Positions 59,171 through 64,000 of a stretch of 64,000 bases of DNA are shown in pieces. Source of the DNA: an uncultured Devosia sp. Its GTDB lineage: Bacteria > Pseudomonadota > Alphaproteobacteria > Rhizobiales > Devosiaceae. The stretch spans positions 32,320 through 96,319 of the forward strand of contig CAZASR010000001.1 in NCBI GenBank assembly GCA_964487765.1, read 5' to 3'. The translations under genes and the position numbers were made by a program. Under the pieces are notes generated by a model. That model had not been told where the DNA came from. It searched no databases and saw only the letters and a list, made by a program, of their open reading frames with translations. Numbering within the stretch: the stretch's first letter is position 1; the number at the start of each line of letters is the position of its first letter.

Positions 59171-60772
59171 GCTCGCCTTGCGCAGGCGGGTCTTCAGGTG
59201 GTCGTCCTCGAGGCCGGACCATGGCGGTCGGCGGATACCTACCGGCCAGACGAGCTGGGGCAGTCCTTCTACGGCCGGGCGGGCCTTGGCCCAAAATTCA
59301 ACAGCGAGACACCGCGCTGGGTGCGCAGACTCGGCGACGTTGACGACCAGCCGCTGAGCTTCTCGCTCGGGCGCATGGCGAACGGCGTGGGTGGCTCGTC
59401 GGTCCTTTACGGCGCGCGCTTCCGCCGCTTCCATCCGCATCACTTCCGGCAGCTCAGCGCGCTGACCGATCGTGGTGTGACTGATCGATTGCCCGAGGCG
59501 ACGAGTCTCGTCGACTGGCCGGTCACCTATGATGAACTCGAGCCCTACTATTCCGAGCTCGAGTGGATGATAGGCGTCGCCGGTGAGTCGAGCCCGTTTA
59601 CGCCGCGCTCGAAACATCTGCCTTTCGCCCCGCTTCCCCCGTTTGCGGTCGGCGATGCTTTCGCCAATGCCGCACGCAAACTTGGCTACCAGCCATACGC
59701 CATCCCGGTTGGACGTCTGGGCGCGGCACGCGACGGGTTCGAGCCAACTTTCGATCCCTGGGACGAGGGTATCGGTGCCGCGACGCCAGAGCGCTGGACG
59801 CCTCTTGAGGCCGTCTTGCCTTCGGCTCTTGCGACGGGGAATCTCGATCTCAAGACGATGTGCCGCGCGCGGCGAATCACTGTCGACAGGGCGGGACGAG
59901 TCAAGGGTGTCGTCTATCTCGATCCCGATGGACGTGAGCGACAGCAGGATGCGCGTGCAGTCATCGTCGCCGCCTATAGTTTTGAATCCGTCCGGCTGCT
60001 CGCACTATCCGGCAATGACGCGCGCCCCGATGGGCTCGGCAACTCGACTGGGCAGCTTGGTCACAGCTACATGTCCAAGATGTTCCCGCAGGTGGTCGGC
60101 CAATTCGACGGGCGGGCTTTCAATCGTCATACCGGTCCCGGCGGGCAGGCCGTTATCGTCGAGGACCTGATGGCCGATGGTGCACTCGATGTGCCGGGGG
60201 TCTTCGGCGGTGGTACGCTCAGCACCGAGAACCAGCTGCTGCCCCTGCAGATTGCCCTCGATGCGGCGCCGCTCGATGCCCCGCGTTGGGGGGCTGGGTA
60301 CAAGCGGCACCTTCGCGGATGGAACGGCCGCGCGGCAATCAAGATACAGGCCGATGCACAGCCGCTCAGCACCAATCGCCTGACGCTCGACCCCCGCTGG
60401 CGCGATACCTCCGGTGTCGGTGATCCTGTCGTGCGCGTCGTGTGGGACCTCTGCGACGCCGACCGCCGGCTCTATCTTCACATGCAAGAGCGTGCCGAAG
60501 ACCTACTTCAAGTGATGGGCGCCTCGCAGATCGGTCGCGGGCCCATCGAGACGGGCGTCGGGTGCTGCCACGATCTGGGCGGCGCGCGTGCGAGCGCGAA
60601 CATCGCCGAGGGTGTCGTCGACCCGGATTGGCAAGTTCACGACACGCCGGGACTTTACGTGTTTTCGGGTGCGACCTTTCCCACCTGTCCGGGGATTAAT
60701 CCCACACTGACAATCTGGGCTTGGGCGTTGCGCAACGCCGACAAGCTGGCAACACGGCTGCGAACAAATTGA
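59165..60772 (+). pseudogene. GMC oxidoreductase lacking the N-terminal GxGxxG FAD motif
   Basis: Frame reads VAARLAQAGLQVVVLEAGP, VGGSS, DWPVTYDELEPYY, HDLGG and NPTLT; first strand and Gly motif missing. Confidence 0.7.
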
Positions 60773-61075
60773 TGACACGAATAGTCAGCCGCATCGGATC
60801 GGAGTGGGTCGAAAGCGACACGGAGGTGCTGATCGACAATCCGGCCAACACCGACGAGATCGTCGCCAGGGCTGTCTTCGCGGACGCGTCGGTCGCCGAC
60901 GCCGCCGTTGAAGTGGCGCGGATGGGCTTTGCGCAGTGGCGGCGTATACCGCTGATGGACCGTTCGCCTCTCGCAATATCGCGGCCATAGCCGATCGCCT
61001 CGCGCGCGCAATCGTCAATGAGCAAGGCAAGACGCTTGGCGGGCGCAGGGCGAGGTGCAACGCGCCTTCGACCGC
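60772..61075 (+). pseudogene. Aldehyde dehydrogenase N-terminal remnant, frameshifted
   Basis: NPANTDEIV...AAVEVAR..FAQW then LARAIVNEQGKTL in another frame. Confidence 0.65.
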
Positions 61076-61263
61076 AACACCGCGCGCCGTGGTCGTAAGC
61101 TCTCGACCGAGAACCAGTTGATATAGCGTGACGCATCTGTAGCGGTGATTGGCTGGAAGATCGGCGCCAGGTCGATGGCGTTGGTTCCAAGACTCGATGT
61201 GATTGAATATGCGCGCCAGGGCCGATGCTGCAATGAGCCGAGCATCATCGGCTTTTCATCGAC

Positions 61264-61306
61264 TAGAACTGCAATTCTAATTTGACTTTGCTGCGAATGC
61301 ATGTTC
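61264..61306. promoter_or_regulatory. Two GAA-N6-TTC palindromes, candidate IolR sites
   Basis: TAGAACTGCAATTCTA (61264-61279) and GAATGCATGTTC (61295-61306) upstream of iolG, resembling the rhizobial GGAA-N-TTCC IolR motif. Confidence 0.45.
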
Positions 61307-61327
61307 TGTGACGGTCAAGGTGAGGAC

Positions 61328-62332
61328 ATGGCCCTGAAGTTTGGATTGTTGGGCGCCGGCCGAATCGGCAAGGTGCACGCTAGGGCCATCACGTCGAATC
61401 CGGACGCGAAGCTCATCGCCGTCGCCGACGCGATGCCCGCCGCAGCCGACGCGATCGCCAAGCAGTACGGCTGCGACGTGCGCACCATCGAGCAGATTCT
61501 CGCCTCGGCGGACATCGATGCGGTGGTCATCTGCACCCCCACCGACACCCATGCAGACCTCATCGAAAAATTCTCGGCCGCCGGCAAGTCGATGTTCTGC
61601 GAAAAGCCGATTGATCTGTCCCTGCCGCGCGTCAAGGCCTGCCTCGCGGTGGTCGAAAAGAACAAGTCGACGCTGATGGTCGGCTTCAACCGTCGCTTCG
61701 ATCCGCACTTCATGGCGGTGCGCGAGGCGATCGACAACGGCGCCATCGGCACCGTCGAGATGGTCACTATCATCTCGCGCGACCCCGCGCCGCCGCCGGC
61801 CGAATACGCCATGCGCTCGGGCGGCATCTTTCGCGACATGACGATCCACGATTTCGATATGGCGCGTTTCCTCCTCGGCGAGGAGATCGACACCGTCTCG
61901 GCGCAGGGCTCCTCGCTCGTCGATCCCGCCATCGGCAAGGCCGGCGACTACGACAGCGTCTCGGTGATGCTGTCGACCGCCTCAGGCAAGCACGCGACGA
62001 TCTCGAATTCGCGCCGTGCCAGCTACGGCTACGATCAGCGCATCGAAGTACACGGCTCGCTCGGTTCCGTCGCCGCCGAGAACCAGCGCGCCGTGTCGAT
62101 CGAAGTCGCCACCGCAGCCGGCTATACGCGCCCGCCCCTGCTCGATTTCTTCATGACCCGCTACACGCAGGCCTACGCCAACGAAATATCCGCCTTCATC
62201 GACGCCATCGGCGGCAAGCGCACCGCCTCGCCGAGCGGCAAGGACGGTCTGATCGCGCTCGCGCTGGCCGATGCGGCGGTGAAGTCGGTCAAAGAGGGCA
62301 GGGCGGTGAAGGTGAGCGAGGTCGTGGGCTAA
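61328..62332 (+). CDS. iolG: myo-inositol 2-dehydrogenase
   Basis: GAGRIG, CEKP, GFNRRFDP, SGGIFRDMTIHDFD and YGYDQRIE. Confidence 0.93.
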   Translation: MALKFGLLGAGRIGKVHARAITSNPDAKLIAVADAMPAAADAIAKQYGCDVRTIEQILASADIDAVVICTPTDTHADLIEKFSAAGKSMFCEKPIDLSLPRVKACLAVVEKNKSTLMVGFNRRFDPHFMAVREAIDNGAIGTVEMVTIISRDPAPPPAEYAMRSGGIFRDMTIHDFDMARFLLGEEIDTVSAQGSSLVDPAIGKAGDYDSVSVMLSTASGKHATISNSRRASYGYDQRIEVHGSLGSVAAENQRAVSIEVATAAGYTRPPLLDFFMTRYTQAYANEISAFIDAIGGKRTASPSGKDGLIALALADAAVKSVKEGRAVKVSEVVG

Positions 62333-62339
62333 CCCACCC

Positions 62340-63119
62340 CTACTTCAGCAGCCACTCATGTTCGGTGGCGTTGTGGAACTTCCACGTGCGCTTCGGGCCG
62401 GCCATGACGTTGAGATAATAGAGGTCGTAACCGTGGACGGCTGCTACCGGATGGTAGCCGCGCGGCACGAGCGTCACGTCGCCGTCCTCGATCACCAGCG
62501 CTTCGTCGAGGCTGCGGTCGTCGGTGTAGACCCGCTGCATGGCAAAGCCCTGCGGCGGGTTGAGGCGGTGGTAGTAGGTCTCCTCGAGCAGCGACTCCGC
62601 GGGGAGATTGTCGGTGTCGTGCTTGTGCGGCGGATAGGACGAGGTGTTGCCGCCCGGCGTTATCACCTCGACGACGAGCAGCGAGTTTGCCGGCTCCGTT
62701 TCGGGCAGGATGTTGGTGACATAGCGCGTATTGCTGCCCTTGCCGCGGGTGATCTGCGGCGGAATGTCGAGCACGCGCGCGGGATAATCGCCACCGCCGG
62801 GCGCAGAGCAGCCGGCGAGCTCGAGCCGCGTCGTCGCGGTGACACGCCAGCTGGTGTTGGCGGGGACATAGACTGCCGCCGGTGGGCCGTCGAAGGGTGA
62901 GGTGCGCCCACCGAGCTCGCCGAAGTCCTTGCCGCCGACGACAACGCGGCCCTTGCCGCTGAGGAACACGAGGCACAGCTCCCGGTCCATCGTGTTGTCG
63001 TGCGCCGATTGCCCGGGCTCGAGCGTCTCGACCTCGAACCCCACATAGGTCCAGCCGGCGGTACCGGGCGTCACGGCGATATGGCCGCTCGGCGGCCGCT
63101 TGATCCTGAGCTCAGCCAT
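62340..63119 (-). CDS. iolB: 5-deoxy-glucuronate isomerase
   Basis: SSYPPHKHD, LEETYY, GYHP and YYLNVMAGP. Confidence 0.95.
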   Translation of the reverse strand: MAELRIKRPPSGHIAVTPGTAGWTYVGFEVETLEPGQSAHDNTMDRELCLVFLSGKGRVVVGGKDFGELGGRTSPFDGPPAAVYVPANTSWRVTATTRLELAGCSAPGGGDYPARVLDIPPQITRGKGSNTRYVTNILPETEPANSLLVVEVITPGGNTSSYPPHKHDTDNLPAESLLEETYYHRLNPPQGFAMQRVYTDDRSLDEALVIEDGDVTLVPRGYHPVAAVHGYDLYYLNVMAGPKRTWKFHNATEHEWLLK

Positions 63120-64000
63120 TGGGAAACCCCTGCGTCTCGACCGTGTACCCGGCCGCCGTCATCACCCGCATCAGTTCCTTGTGGCCGACCTGCGCCATTT
63201 TGAGCGGCGGGTTCTTATTGGGGTCCTGCTCGGCCTCGACCACGAACCAGCCCTCATAGCCATAGTCGGCGAAGCGCTGGACGATGGCGCCGAAATCGAG
63301 CGAGCCGTCGCCAGGCACGGTGAACGCGCCGAGCGCCACGGCATCGAGGAACGATTGCTTCGTGCGGTCGAGCGCGTCGACCACCGGCCGGCGGATGTCC
63401 TTCACATGCACATGCGTAATGCGCGCGTGGTGCTTGTCGATCGCCCGCAGCACATCGCCGCCGGCAAACGCCAGGTGCCCGGCATCGAGCAGCAGCGGAA
63501 TGCCGGGCCCCGATGCCGCCATGAAGGCATCGAGTTCGGGCTCGGTCTCGACCACCGCGGCCATGTGGTGGTGGTAGCTCAGCGGCATGCCTTGTTCGGC
63601 GCACCATTCACCGAAGGCCGTGACCTTCCTCGCGTAAGCCTTCATCTCGTCATCGCTCAGCGTCGGCTTCCGCGCCAGCGGCACCTCGCGCTTGCCCTGG
63701 ATCGAACGGCCGACTTCGCCATAGACGATGCAGGGCGCGTTCACGGCCTTGAACAGCTCGATCATCGGCGCGATGCGGTCCTTGTTCGCCGCGAGCTCCT
63801 CGTCGACCAGCGTGCCCGAGAACCAACCACCGCACAGCGTGACATCGGCTGCCTTGAGGATCGGCAGCATCACCGTCGGATCCTCAGGGAAGCGCCGGCC
63901 CTTCTCCATGCCGGTGAAGCCGGCCGAGCGCGACTGGCGCAGGCATTCTTCCAGCGATACGTCATCGCTGAGCTCCGGCAGATCGTCGTTCCACCATGCG
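63112..64000 (-). CDS. iolE: myo-inosose-2 dehydratase; 5' end beyond the window
   Basis: WWNDDLPEL, YHHHM, LDAGH, HVHVKD, FTVPGDG and VVEAEQDP. Confidence 0.95.
   Translation of the reverse strand, partial: AWWNDDLPELSDDVSLEECLRQSRSAGFTGMEKGRRFPEDPTVMLPILKAADVTLCGGWFSGTLVDEELAANKDRIAPMIELFKAVNAPCIVYGEVGRSIQGKREVPLARKPTLSDDEMKAYARKVTAFGEWCAEQGMPLSYHHHMAAVVETEPELDAFMAASGPGIPLLLDAGHLAFAGGDVLRAIDKHHARITHVHVKDIRRPVVDALDRTKQSFLDAVALGAFTVPGDGSLDFGAIVQRFADYGYEGWFVVEAEQDPNKNPPLKMAQVGHKELMRVMTAAGYTVETQGFPNG

Noticed and set aside
348-63835. Many long alternative-frame or antisense ORFs (e.g. 1218-2282, 11395-12798, 13889-15355, 57731-58762)
   Set aside because: They are shadows of real genes in high-GC DNA, with no family motifs.

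Overview
GC-rich accessory or genomic-island-like region of a probable alphaproteobacterium (Rhizobiales/Devosia-like, inferred from gene content). It is a mosaic of catabolic modules separated by many truncated genes. (1) 1-7967: an IclR-flanked organic-acid cluster with CoA-transferase, MmgE/PrpD, fumarase-superfamily lyase, enoyl-CoA hydratase, FAH hydrolase and a LeuCD-like pair whose large subunit lacks all three Fe-S cysteines. (2) 8033-15697: a GH66/GH13/ABC/ROK alpha-1,6-glucan cluster. (3) 15973-26319: an enolase-superfamily/ABC/RraA/SDR/D-threonine-aldolase-like cluster containing a tandem-HTH protein. (4) 26600-34500: remnants plus DJ-1, RibD-C, cupin and HAD genes. (5) 34584-40880: a decayed integrative/defence island with a truncated SNF2 helicase, tyrosine recombinase, DUF4357, DUF3489, a perfect 88-bp inverted repeat and a Ser/Thr kinase. 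(6) 41584-64000: a candidate complete phytate-to-myo-inositol utilisation locus with a beta-propeller phytase, an Fe3+/AfuABC-type ABC transporter with two binding proteins, two inositol monophosphatases, a CX5R phosphatase, a metallophosphoesterase, a CDF, a Na/Pi cotransporter, LacI with shared operators, and iolA/iolR/iolG/iolB/iolE. No rRNA, tRNA or CRISPR array was recognised. All calls come from reading motifs by eye; no database searches were run.
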